From a virus: a DNA stretch of 64,000 nt. The stretch spans positions 6,334-70,333 of IMG/VR virus record IMGVR_UViG_3300047472_000281. One strand, 5' to 3'. Below the pieces are notes generated by a model. The model was not told the origin of the DNA and did not search any database. It was given only the letters and a program-made list of their open reading frames with translations. Position numbers and translations under genes: made by a program. This document shows positions 1-8,436 of the stretch, one piece after another (position 1 is the first letter of the stretch; each line of letters begins with the position of its first letter).

Positions 1-10
1 GGTCCCCGCG

Positions 11-1498
11 ATGGACCTGGGCCACGGGCGTGGCCGCACCGAGGACGACGGCTCGCGGCACGATAACGCGCCCAAGGTCCAGCCCCACAACATGGAAGCC
101 GAGCAGGCTCTGCTGGGCGTGCTGCTGTACGACAACGGCGCCTATGAGCGCCTGATCGGCGTCCAGGACGGCCACTTCTACGAGCCGTTCCACAACCGGC
201 TGTTCGCGGCCATTGAGACGAAGGTCCGCAAGGGGCAACTGGCCGAGCCGATCCTGCTGGCCGACGAGTTCGCCAAGGACCCGGCGTTCATCGAGCTTGG
301 CGGCCTGCGCTATCTGGCCGATCTCGTCGACAGGGCGCCGCCGGCGATCAACATCGCCGACTATGGCCGAGCGATCTATGACCTGGCCTGTCGCCGGGCG
401 CTGATCCTGCTGGCCGGCGAGATCGAGGCCGAGGCCCGCGGCGACGTCCCCCTGATTCTGCCGGCCCGCGACCAGATCGAACTGGCTGAGAAGAAGCTAT
501 TCTCGCTGGCCAAGACCGGCGACACCCAGGGCGGGCCGCAGTCGTTCGCGCACTATCTGACTGGCGCGGTGGTGATGGCCGCCGAGGCGTACAGCCGCCC
601 AGGTGGAATATCTGGCCTCGCGACCGAACTGATCGATCTCGACGACAAGCTGGGCGGGCTGCGGCCCACCGACCTGATCGTCATCGCCGGCCGCCCGTCG
701 ATGGGCAAGACCGCCCTGGCGACCAACATCGCCTTCAACATCGCCCGTCGCTACGCATACGAAGTCCAGCCAGACGGATCACACAAGACCGTCTCGGGTG
801 GACGGGTGCTGTTCGACTCTCTGGAGATGAGCGGCGAGCAGTTGGCGCTGCGCATTCTCGCCGAAGCCTCCGAGATCTCGTCGCACAAGATCGCCAAGGG
901 AGAGATCCAGGCCCACGAGTTTGGCCGCATCCGCGACGCGGCCACCGAACTGAATGAGATCCCGCTCTACATCGACGCCACCGGCGGCATCTCGCTGGCC
1001 AAACTGGTCGCCCGCGCGCGTCGTCAGAAGCGCCTGACCGGCCTGGATTTGGTGGTGGTCGACTATCTGCAACTGATCGACGCCGGGATCATCGGCGACT
1101 CGAACCGCGTCGTTCAGATCACTATGATCACCATGGCGCTGAAGGCCCTGGCCAAGGAACTGGAGTGCCCGGTGATCGCGCTGTCGCAGCTGTCGCGGCA
1201 GGTCGAGCAGCGCGAGGACAAACGGCCACAGCTTTCGGACCTGCGCGAGTCTGGCTCGATCGAGCAGGACGCCGACCAGGTGTGGTTCGTCTATCGCGAG
1301 CAATACTACCGCGAACGCGCCGAGCCGCGCGAAGGCACCCCCGAACACATCGAATGGCAGGTCGCCATGGAGGCCTGCGAAGGTCTGGCCGACTGCATCA
1401 TCGCCAAGCAGCGCCACGGCCCCATCGGCACCGTGCGCCTCGCCTTCAACCCCGACCTCGCCAAGTTTTCCAACCTTTCCCGGGATCGACGCCCGTAA
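11..1498 (+). CDS. dnaB: Replicative DNA helicase (DnaB family); true start may lie elsewhere
   Basis: PHNxEAEQALLG N-domain, Walker A GRPSMGKT, VVDYLQL, LSQLSR, DLRESGSIEQDAD, KQRHGP motifs. Confidence 0.96.
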   Translation: MDLGHGRGRTEDDGSRHDNAPKVQPHNMEAEQALLGVLLYDNGAYERLIGVQDGHFYEPFHNRLFAAIETKVRKGQLAEPILLADEFAKDPAFIELGGLRYLADLVDRAPPAINIADYGRAIYDLACRRALILLAGEIEAEARGDVPLILPARDQIELAEKKLFSLAKTGDTQGGPQSFAHYLTGAVVMAAEAYSRPGGISGLATELIDLDDKLGGLRPTDLIVIAGRPSMGKTALATNIAFNIARRYAYEVQPDGSHKTVSGGRVLFDSLEMSGEQLALRILAEASEISSHKIAKGEIQAHEFGRIRDAATELNEIPLYIDATGGISLAKLVARARRQKRLTGLDLVVVDYLQLIDAGIIGDSNRVVQITMITMALKALAKELECPVIALSQLSRQVEQREDKRPQLSDLRESGSIEQDADQVWFVYREQYYRERAEPREGTPEHIEWQVAMEACEGLADCIIAKQRHGPIGTVRLAFNPDLAKFSNLSRDRRP

Positions 1499-1509
1499 CG
1501 GGGATTTGC

Positions 1510-2781
1510 ATGACAGACGCCCAGATTCTTCCAGACCCCCTGACGCCGCCCGGCTGCAACCTCAAAAGCATGCCGTCGATGCTGCTCGACGTTCAGCGCC
1601 TGTGCGACAGCGGGATCGCCAGCCACGAGAACGCCGAGGTGTTCCGCACCGCCATGCTGCTGTGGTGCAAGTCGTGGCATCAGATCCCGGCCGCCTCGCT
1701 GGATGACAAGGATTCCGAACTTGCCGGTCTGGCGGGGTTCGGCCGGGGCTCGCTCGACAAATGGATGGCGATCCGCGCGGACGTCCTGCGCAGCTTCGTC
1801 AAGTGCTCCGACGGCCGCCTCTATCACCCCGTCGTCGCCGAGAAGGCCCTGGAGCAGTGGATCAACAACCTGATGCGCAAGGTGTCGGGCGCCAAGGGAA
1901 ACGGCGCCCAGGGCAAGGCCGGAGCGAACGCCTCCGAGGCCCATATGGAAGCGCTGGGCGACGCCGCCTATCGCCTGCGCCGGCTGAACCCTTTGTCGGA
2001 CACCTTCAAGAAGGACGCTGTGAAGGTCGCCCTGGCGCTGTTCGACGAAAGCCCGCTTCGACCCGATCCGGACGCCGCGCGATTGGACCGCGAACGCATT
2101 GCGTCAGGCATGGTCGCGCACGGCGAACGCACTGCGTCACGCAGTGCGTCAGATATCGAGACGCAGCGCGTACCAACTGGGTCACGCAGTGCCGACGCAC
2201 CGCGAACGCAAGATAAAGGGAATAGAAATATATCCCCCCAACCCCCCTTGGAGGGGGGCGTTCGCGATGCGTTGTTCGACAAGATTTTCGCGGCCTATCC
2301 CGAGACGGGGAGGGCGTCGACCGATCAGCTGAAGGCCCTGAAGGCCCTGCCGGCGATCGTCGAGGAGATCGGCGCCGATGCGCTGCTGGGCTGCGTGGCC
2401 AAGCTGGCCGCGTCGGACTATGCCCGCCAGGACGGCGGCAAGAAGGTTTCCAGCCTGCACCGCTGGCTGACCGGCGGGAAGTGGCGAAACTGGTTGACGA
2501 CCGAGGCGGCACAGGCTTCGGCGCCGACCTGGGCCGGTCCTGCCGAAATCCGCGAAGCGATGATCGCCTACGTCGCCGACGCCAGGGGGGGCCGCGCCAA
2601 GGCCGAGGAATGGGCCGCCAGTTGGCTGGATAGCGTCACCACATGGTCGGAGGTGCCCAAGGCGATCGTCTGCCGGTCCGGGACGGTCCTGAAGCGGTTG
2701 CAGGAGGCGGTCGGGGCGATGCTGCGCACCGAATACGGCGTGCAGCTGCGCTTGGCCGTGGCCAGTGAGGTGGCGGCATGA
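1510..2781 (+). CDS. Phage replication initiator (DUF1376/YdaU-like N-terminus)
   Basis: ATG at 1510 within ORF 1165..2781; LLWCKSWHQIPAASL and DGRLYHPVVAEKA motifs; low-complexity linker containing DNA repeats; adjacent to DnaB. Confidence 0.75.
   Translation: MTDAQILPDPLTPPGCNLKSMPSMLLDVQRLCDSGIASHENAEVFRTAMLLWCKSWHQIPAASLDDKDSELAGLAGFGRGSLDKWMAIRADVLRSFVKCSDGRLYHPVVAEKALEQWINNLMRKVSGAKGNGAQGKAGANASEAHMEALGDAAYRLRRLNPLSDTFKKDAVKVALALFDESPLRPDPDAARLDRERIASGMVAHGERTASRSASDIETQRVPTGSRSADAPRTQDKGNRNISPQPPLEGGVRDALFDKIFAAYPETGRASTDQLKALKALPAIVEEIGADALLGCVAKLAASDYARQDGGKKVSSLHRWLTGGKWRNWLTTEAAQASAPTWAGPAEIREAMIAYVADARGGRAKAEEWAASWLDSVTTWSEVPKAIVCRSGTVLKRLQEAVGAMLRTEYGVQLRLAVASEVAA
2090..2233. 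repeat. Candidate replication origin: iteron-like repeats plus A/T-rich tract inside initiator gene
   Basis: GCGAACGCA at 2090, 2123, 2202; GTCACGCAGTGC at 2136, 2181; followed by AGATAAAGGGAATAGAAATATAT. Confidence 0.6.
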
Positions 2782-3101
2782 TCCCGCTGGACCAAGCCAT
2801 CGTGCTGGGGGCGTGTGTCGGCGCCGCCTGCCTGATGGGATACGCTCGAGGATCGCAAATTAAGGTGCGACCGCGTCCGCTCGTACTTCTGGTGAGGCGG
2901 CCTTGGCCAAAGCCGTTCAGTCGTCGCGCGGATGAATACTGGGTCCGTCTTCCGTTTGCCGGCGTTGAGGCCTTCACGGTCTGGAAGGGCGAGGATCCTG
3001 CCCCCGACGGTGGTTTCCACCGCAGCTGGAAAGCGGCCAGCGATCGCATCGCCGAAATTCAGGCGGCCGAGAGGGCCGCCGGTGGCGAGGCGTCAGCATG
3101 A
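2778..3101 (+). CDS. Hypothetical protein with N-terminal hydrophobic segment
   Basis: ATGA overlaps with both neighbours. Confidence 0.65.
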   Translation: MIPLDQAIVLGACVGAACLMGYARGSQIKVRPRPLVLLVRRPWPKPFSRRADEYWVRLPFAGVEAFTVWKGEDPAPDGGFHRSWKAASDRIAEIQAAERAAGGEASA

Positions 3102-3334
3102 CCCCCGAACTCAGCATGGCGATCAAGTTCGTCGAGAACGCGGGCTATCGGGTTCTTAAGCCGAAGCGCGCCGGCCTGCCGCCAGAGGCCATCAAAGCGG
3201 TTCTGCAGGCGCGACGAAACGATGATCCGTTCATCCGCATCGCTCGGCGACTGGGCCTGACAAAGGGCCAAGTGGCGGGCGTGACGACGCGCTATCGCCT
3301 CAACGACCTAGGTGTTGTGGAGCGACGCCGATGA
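3098..3334 (+). CDS. Small HTH protein resembling the GcrA N-terminal DNA-binding domain
   Basis: IARRLGLTKGQVAGVTTRYRL resembles GcrA-type IAxxLGxxxxxVxGxxxRL; translationally coupled. Confidence 0.5.
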   Translation: MTPELSMAIKFVENAGYRVLKPKRAGLPPEAIKAVLQARRNDDPFIRIARRLGLTKGQVAGVTTRYRLNDLGVVERRR

Positions 3335-4302
3335 CCGCTCAAGCATTCGGCGAGGCCCATCGGATTTACACGGATGGACCCCGGACCGGCTTCTACCGGG
3401 CCGACAGCACCCCGTGGGCGCCGGGGATCTACGACGCCCTGTCGGAACAAAGCCCATGGCGTGAAGTCTATGTGGTCAAGGGCGCTCAGCTCGGGCTGAC
3501 AGAGATCGGCATGATCTGGATCGGAGACGGCGCTGTCCAAGGCCTGCCTGGTCTCGTAATCGAGCCCACCGAGCGACATGCGCACCAGATCGCCAGCCGG
3601 AGGTGGACGGGCTTCGTCAACACCGCGCAGCCGCTTCGAGACCTGTTCGGCGGTGGTCAGCGCCAGTCGGCCCTGCAGTTCACATCGGACACGACGGACG
3701 TCACCTTCGCGGGATCAGGTAGCCCCGCCAGCTTTGTCTCTGCCGTCCCAGCCCGCGTGCTCGTCGACGACTACGATCGGTGTTCGCGCTTAAAGGGGGA
3801 GGGTGGCTTACTGCCCCTGATGCGCGACAAGATCGACGTCTGGGGAGAGCGCGGCAAGCTGTTCATTCCCAGCACGCCGGCCTGGGCCAACGATGGCATC
3901 TGGCCGGAATGGTTGCGGACCGATCAGCGGCTGTTCGAATGCCCGTGCCCGCTCTGTGGCCATCGCCAGCCTTGGGTCTGGGAAGACCTGCGCTGGAACC
4001 CCGGCCAACCCGAAACCGTCCATCTGACCTGCCGATCCTGTCGCGCGGGGCAGGTCGAATGGGCCTGGAAGTCTAAGTGGCGCGCCGGGCAATGGCGCGC
4101 GACAGCGGCCGTCTCTGATCCAAAGCGGGTCGGTTTCCACCTGTCGACCCTGTACGCGGCGCCGGGGACCCAGCCGTGGGAGCGCATTGCGAGGTTCTAC
4201 GAAGAGGCGCGGGACAGCCGCGATCCCCTGAAACTTCAGGTGTTCATCAACAGCGCCATGGCCTTGCCGGATGCGCATACGAAGATCGGTGGCGCGCTGT
4301 GA
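3331..4302 (+). CDS. Truncated GpA-type terminase large subunit paralog (ATPase and Zn module only)
   Basis: TPW, KGAQLGLTE, GKLFIPSTP, FECPCPLCGHRQ, GFHLSTLYA, QVFIN align with the N-terminal half of 8384..10372; ends before the nuclease domain. Confidence 0.85.
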   Translation: MTAQAFGEAHRIYTDGPRTGFYRADSTPWAPGIYDALSEQSPWREVYVVKGAQLGLTEIGMIWIGDGAVQGLPGLVIEPTERHAHQIASRRWTGFVNTAQPLRDLFGGGQRQSALQFTSDTTDVTFAGSGSPASFVSAVPARVLVDDYDRCSRLKGEGGLLPLMRDKIDVWGERGKLFIPSTPAWANDGIWPEWLRTDQRLFECPCPLCGHRQPWVWEDLRWNPGQPETVHLTCRSCRAGQVEWAWKSKWRAGQWRATAAVSDPKRVGFHLSTLYAAPGTQPWERIARFYEEARDSRDPLKLQVFINSAMALPDAHTKIGGAL

Positions 4303-4952
4303 GCGGTTCGGACGCCGAAGAGCGGGTGAGGGCGGTCGCGGTTGCCGCGTTGCGCCTCGAGATGCCGACGGCGCGGATCATCCATGAACTGGATGTCGGC
4401 GGCGCCCGTCTGGACCTGGCCGCGATCGAGACCGACCGCATCGTGCTGGTCGAGATCAAGAGCGAGCGGGACGTTCTGACCCGTCTGGCCGGCCAGCTGC
4501 GGTTCGCGCTGTCGGTCACCGACGACGTGCGGGTGGTCTGCACCCCGCGCCACCAGGCCAAGATCACGGCGGCGCGTGTGCCCTACATCCACGAGGGGCC
4601 AGATCGCGGCGCGAACGCCCTGCACATCAAGGGCCTTCAGCACTGCAGCCTGCATGTCGAGAGCCCCGCGGGCCTAGTCAAGGCCTGGGCCAACCACCCC
4701 CTCTACAACAAGAACTGGAACCGCGAACGCATCCGCGCCGAGCACGTCATGGACCTGATGCTGCAGTCCGAGGCCAAGGAAGCGCTTCGGCCGCTCGGCG
4801 CCAAGTCCCGGTGGATCCAGAGGGAGGTTACGGCCTTCGCGATGGAGCACCTGTCCGGCGCCCAGATCCGGCGAATGACCTGCGCGGCGCTGCGGGCCCG
4901 ACACTTCGCCCGGGCTGATGCCCCCATTCAAGCCGAGAGGATCGCGGCATGA
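4299..4952 (+). CDS. PD-(D/E)XK-like nuclease-fold protein (sce7726-like)
   Basis: HELDVGGARLDLAAI...VEIKSERDxLxRLxxQ motif; GTG start overlaps upstream stop. Confidence 0.7.
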   Translation: MSGSDAEERVRAVAVAALRLEMPTARIIHELDVGGARLDLAAIETDRIVLVEIKSERDVLTRLAGQLRFALSVTDDVRVVCTPRHQAKITAARVPYIHEGPDRGANALHIKGLQHCSLHVESPAGLVKAWANHPLYNKNWNRERIRAEHVMDLMLQSEAKEALRPLGAKSRWIQREVTAFAMEHLSGAQIRRMTCAALRARHFARADAPIQAERIAA

Positions 4953-5203
4953 GCCGGAAGTTTCGACCTGGCCGCCTTTTGCTGGCCGGCTGTCTGGCGG
5001 CGCCATTGTGCTTTGGCTTCTCCACCCTCGTCGTCGATGCGAACCAGAGATCCTTCGAGCGGGGGCAGTTGGTCGGCCAATGCCAGGTGGTCGTGAACCT
5101 CGTCGCCGCGAAGAAGCGCGCGGACCCCAGTTGGAGCCCGCCTCCGGGTGATCTGATGCAGAGGTGCAGAATTGCGCTCGCAAACGTTAGGGAGGGGAGC
5201 TGA
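4949..5203 (+). CDS. Hypothetical membrane/secreted protein
   Basis: Coupled ORF with hydrophobic N-terminus. Confidence 0.55.
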   Translation: MSRKFRPGRLLLAGCLAAPLCFGFSTLVVDANQRSFERGQLVGQCQVVVNLVAAKKRADPSWSPPPGDLMQRCRIALANVREGS

Positions 5204-5448
5204 TGGCAACGATCACATGGCGAGTCGAGGACTTTCGCACAGGCAAGGTCCGCGACGGCGAAAGCGCTGATGTCGGCGCCGCCCAGAAAGCCGCCTTGGC
5301 GGTGGTGCGTGACCTGGGGCGCAAGGATCTGGCCGGCATCAAGGCGACGGTCGTCCGACGACCCCGGAGTGCGCCGCCGAAGATCATGAACGCCAAGCTG
5401 GGCGAGCGCGGTCAGATCGAGTGGGTTGAGGCGGCGCTGGATGCTTAA
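5203..5448 (+). CDS. Hypothetical protein
   Basis: GGAGG SD and TGATG coupling. Confidence 0.65.
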   Translation: MATITWRVEDFRTGKVRDGESADVGAAQKAALAVVRDLGRKDLAGIKATVVRRPRSAPPKIMNAKLGERGQIEWVEAALDA

Positions 5449-5761
5449 GGACCAAACCCCTGACGATTGGCATCCGTGCGTCGTCCTGGACTGCCGCCGC
5501 ACGGGCAAGGTGCTCAAGGCGGGCCGGAAGTTCGTCTGTCACATCCACGTCGGCAAGGTCGGGGAGAAGCTGATCCGTGACCACACCCGGCACGCGGCGG
5601 ACCTGATCGACGCCCAGCGCCGCGCCGCGCTCAAGCCGGCGGCGAGTGACCGACCGGTGGTTGCCGCCAGCTTCGCGGAGGGCATGGCCTGGAACCGCAT
5701 CGTGCTGCGGGCCGGTGAATTGTTCGGCGTAAAGCCAGAGTTCGGGGGAGAAGCGTCGTGA
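5441..5761 (+). CDS. Hypothetical protein
   Basis: ATG at 5441 overlaps previous ORF end; coupled to next gene. Confidence 0.6.
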   Translation: MLKDQTPDDWHPCVVLDCRRTGKVLKAGRKFVCHIHVGKVGEKLIRDHTRHAADLIDAQRRAALKPAASDRPVVAASFAEGMAWNRIVLRAGELFGVKPEFGGEAS

Positions 5762-6666
5762 CGAGGAAGACCGCCAGGAAAGGCCTGTTCAAGCCCGGCT
5801 TCGCCGGCGCCAAGGACGAGAGCCTGGGCATGCCTGGCCGCGGCCAAGCCATCCCGGATGAGGGCGCGTTCGATGCGCTGGAGCAGCGCATCCACCGGGC
5901 CATGCTGACCTTGACCCGGATGTCGGGCGACGGCCCGTCCTCGCGCACCGGCTTCTGGCCCGACTATGTCGTCGAACTGGCCGACCGCATCGAGCGCGAG
6001 AAGGAAGAGGCCGCGCCGCCGCGTCGCTTCCGCCCGACCGGAACCGACGTCGACGACCTTTTGCCGGCGCTGGAGCTGCTGCAGGGCCTGCGCGTCGAGT
6101 ATTTCCAGCTGGTGCGCTACAAGGCCGTCGACGATTTCCGCCTCGACGGCGGCGCAACATGGGTCGACCTGGGCGACAGCTTCGGGCGCAGCGACTATTG
6201 GGCGCGCGAGAGCTATCGCCGCGCCATGCTGCAGGCGGCCAAGCGCGCCGGTCTGGTGTTCTCGGCGCCGACTGAATACGCGGTGGTCTGGGTGACCGTC
6301 ATGTACGACGGCCTGCTGATGACCTGGATCGGCACGTCCAGCAATCCGCGCCAGACCCTCTATGACAAGAAGGCCCACAACCCTGCCGAGATCGTCGATT
6401 GCTCGGCGGTGTGGGTGGCCGACAAGGCCACGGCGAAGGTCGTCCTGGACCAGACGCGGGCGCACCACACAGCCGATCGCAAGCACGGCGGCTGGCACAT
6501 CCTGAACCCCTTCGACGCCGAGGCGACGATCATGGACAAGGTCGAGGGGCTGAAGGCGACCTGGCGCATGGAATACTTGGCCGGCGAGCCGATCGAGGCG
6601 CCGGTGCGCCAGACGATCGAAGACGTGGCCGAGGCGGCCATGATGAGCATGGAAGGGGACGTTTGA
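5758..6666 (+). CDS. Putative late-gene regulator (DUF6362-like) fused to degenerate GIY-YIG/T5orf172-like domain
   Basis: WPDY...RFRPTxxDVD...W..LG.SFGRS HTH-like N-half; WIGTSSNPRQTL...NP...GGWH C-half; lies upstream of packaging genes. Confidence 0.5.
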   Translation: MTRKTARKGLFKPGFAGAKDESLGMPGRGQAIPDEGAFDALEQRIHRAMLTLTRMSGDGPSSRTGFWPDYVVELADRIEREKEEAAPPRRFRPTGTDVDDLLPALELLQGLRVEYFQLVRYKAVDDFRLDGGATWVDLGDSFGRSDYWARESYRRAMLQAAKRAGLVFSAPTEYAVVWVTVMYDGLLMTWIGTSSNPRQTLYDKKAHNPAEIVDCSAVWVADKATAKVVLDQTRAHHTADRKHGGWHILNPFDAEATIMDKVEGLKATWRMEYLAGEPIEAPVRQTIEDVAEAAMMSMEGDV

Positions 6667-6980
6667 TGGCCATCCGCGAGCAAGAGACCGGCGCGCTCAT
6701 CGAGTTCCTCAACGGGCTGTTGGAGGTCGATCGCCGGGCGATCACTCGCCTTGTCGCGACGCGCGTCCTTTGCGGGTCAGCTCTCGGCGAGCACCCGACC
6801 GTGCAGGTCGGCGTCCTGAAAGGTGTTGGGTTGGAAGTGGGCATGCTCGGCGTGCTGAACGGCTTCTGCGGTGTGTTTGACGAAGGCCCCAAGAAAGGCT
6901 GGGGCCCGATCATGGCGATCTACGACGGCGACCAGATCGCCCGTTTCCGCCGCACCGACGAGAAGGCCATCGACGCATGA
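6666..6980 (+). CDS. Hypothetical phage protein
   Basis: ATG at 6666 coupled to upstream TGA; LxEHPTVQV...VGMLGVLNG. Confidence 0.65.
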   Translation: MAIREQETGALIEFLNGLLEVDRRAITRLVATRVLCGSALGEHPTVQVGVLKGVGLEVGMLGVLNGFCGVFDEGPKKGWGPIMAIYDGDQIARFRRTDEKAIDA

Positions 6981-7354
6981 CCGTCGCCAAGACCGACGTG
7001 ACGCTGCTCGACGATGAGATATTCGGCCGCGCCTGGTACTACGAGAAGCTGGTGATCGACCCGCCGGTTTTCGAAGGCAAGGTTCTGCCCGTGCGCTCCG
7101 AGGACGGGCGGGTCATTGGCGCCGCCAGCTTGCACGCGGCCGCTGATCGGGTGAGCGCCGATGTCGAGATCACGGATCCCCTAGCAGGTGAGTTCTTCCG
7201 AGACGCCCTGGCCGGACCTTTTGCGGTCTACAAGGTCGGACGGTGGGAGGCGACAGATCAGATAGGCGCCAATGGACTACCCGTTTGGCTCGCCTGCGAT
7301 ATCGATTTGGTCAGCGTGACCCTCATGCCGATCGCGAAGGAGCCAAAGTCATGA
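6977..7354 (+). CDS. Hypothetical protein
   Basis: ATGA-coupled ORF. Confidence 0.6.
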   Translation: MTVAKTDVTLLDDEIFGRAWYYEKLVIDPPVFEGKVLPVRSEDGRVIGAASLHAAADRVSADVEITDPLAGEFFRDALAGPFAVYKVGRWEATDQIGANGLPVWLACDIDLVSVTLMPIAKEPKS

Positions 7355-7557
7355 GGTGGGAAAAGCGGCAGACCGGCGACTGGCGGCTGTTCGACGCCGA
7401 GGGCGAGATCGCGGGGGCGGTGGTCTGGCAGGATTTGGGACAGGGCCGGGTGTGGAACAGCGTCTCAGCGCGGCTTGCCCATGGTCCAGAAGAGGGCAAG
7501 CTAACCGAGTGCAAGCGTCGGCTGGAGCGCCTGTGGGACGAGGCCGGGAAGGCCTGA
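7351..7557 (+). CDS. Hypothetical protein
   Basis: AAGGAG SD, ATGA overlap. Confidence 0.55.
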   Translation: MRWEKRQTGDWRLFDAEGEIAGAVVWQDLGQGRVWNSVSARLAHGPEEGKLTECKRRLERLWDEAGKA

Positions 7558-7569
7558 ACGACGTGCCCG

Positions 7570-7645
7570 TGAAAAAAGTCAAATCTAGCAGATTGACCAA
7601 ACCCCGGTTTTGGGCGAATCAACGCCTAGCCGGGGCGAATCACGT
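7570..7645 (+). promoter_or_regulatory. Candidate late promoter/cos region with two GGGCGAATCA direct repeats
   Basis: A/T-richer intergenic gap before small terminase; TTGACC at 7593; repeats at 7612 and 7633. Confidence 0.45.
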
Positions 7646-7677
7646 TCCGCCGAAGTCGACGACACGGACGGCCTGAA

Positions 7678-8436
7678 ATGGCCACGCGGAAGTCGGCGAA
7701 AAGCTCAAAGAAAACCAAGGCTTCCAAGCTTCCTCATGCGGGAGGCGACCTTGTCACGGCCGCCGAGTACGCGCGCCGGGTCGGGATCTCGCCCCCGCGC
7801 ATGACGAAGTTCTTTCACGAGGGCATGCCCTTCGTGAACGGCAAGGACGCCGAGGGCCGGCGCGACTGCAAATTGGTCGATGTCCATGCCGCCGATCTGT
7901 GGCGGATGGCCAATACCGACATCCGCATCGATGCGGATGGGCGTTTGCGTGGACTGGAGTCGGGCGCTCGCGCGCCGGCTCCGGTTCCCGCGGGGGCGCT
8001 GGCTGGGACGGGCGTCCCCTCGCCAGCGGCCGAGCAGGCGACTCCCTCCCCCGTCTCCGGGGAGTCGCCTGCATCACCTAAGCCGCCCGCCGAGGAACTG
8101 ACCGGCTCGCAGCTGGCGGCGGCGCGGATCGCCGAGGCCAAGGCCGCCGGCGTCGAGGCCGACACCGACTACAAAAGGCAGCGGCTCGCCGCAGCCCAAG
8201 GGCTGCTGGTCGACCGCAAAGCGGCGATCGGAGCCCACCAGGCCTTCGTCCAGAAGGTCGGGGTCTCGATCGACCGCATGCCACAGAATTACGCCTCCAA
8301 GATCGCGGCGCGACTTGGGGTCTCGGAACACGAGGCCTTCAAGGCGCTCAAGGAAGTCGTCGCCCAGCAGATGAGAGAAGATCTTGCCCGCGACGCTCGC
8401 AGCCACGCCGACGCCGCCAGGCGGCGAGGGGGATAA
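7678..8436 (+). CDS. Terminase small subunit (Nu1-like)
   Basis: N-terminal HTH (AAEYARRVGIS), coiled coil then GLLVDR motif; directly upstream of GpA. Confidence 0.8.
   Translation: MATRKSAKSSKKTKASKLPHAGGDLVTAAEYARRVGISPPRMTKFFHEGMPFVNGKDAEGRRDCKLVDVHAADLWRMANTDIRIDADGRLRGLESGARAPAPVPAGALAGTGVPSPAAEQATPSPVSGESPASPKPPAEELTGSQLAAARIAEAKAAGVEADTDYKRQRLAAAQGLLVDRKAAIGAHQAFVQKVGVSIDRMPQNYASKIAARLGVSEHEAFKALKEVVAQQMREDLARDARSHADAARRRGG

Noticed and set aside
1165-1509. N-terminal extension of the replication initiator
   Set aside because: Overlaps the dnaB coding region; ATG 1510 after the dnaB stop is more plausible
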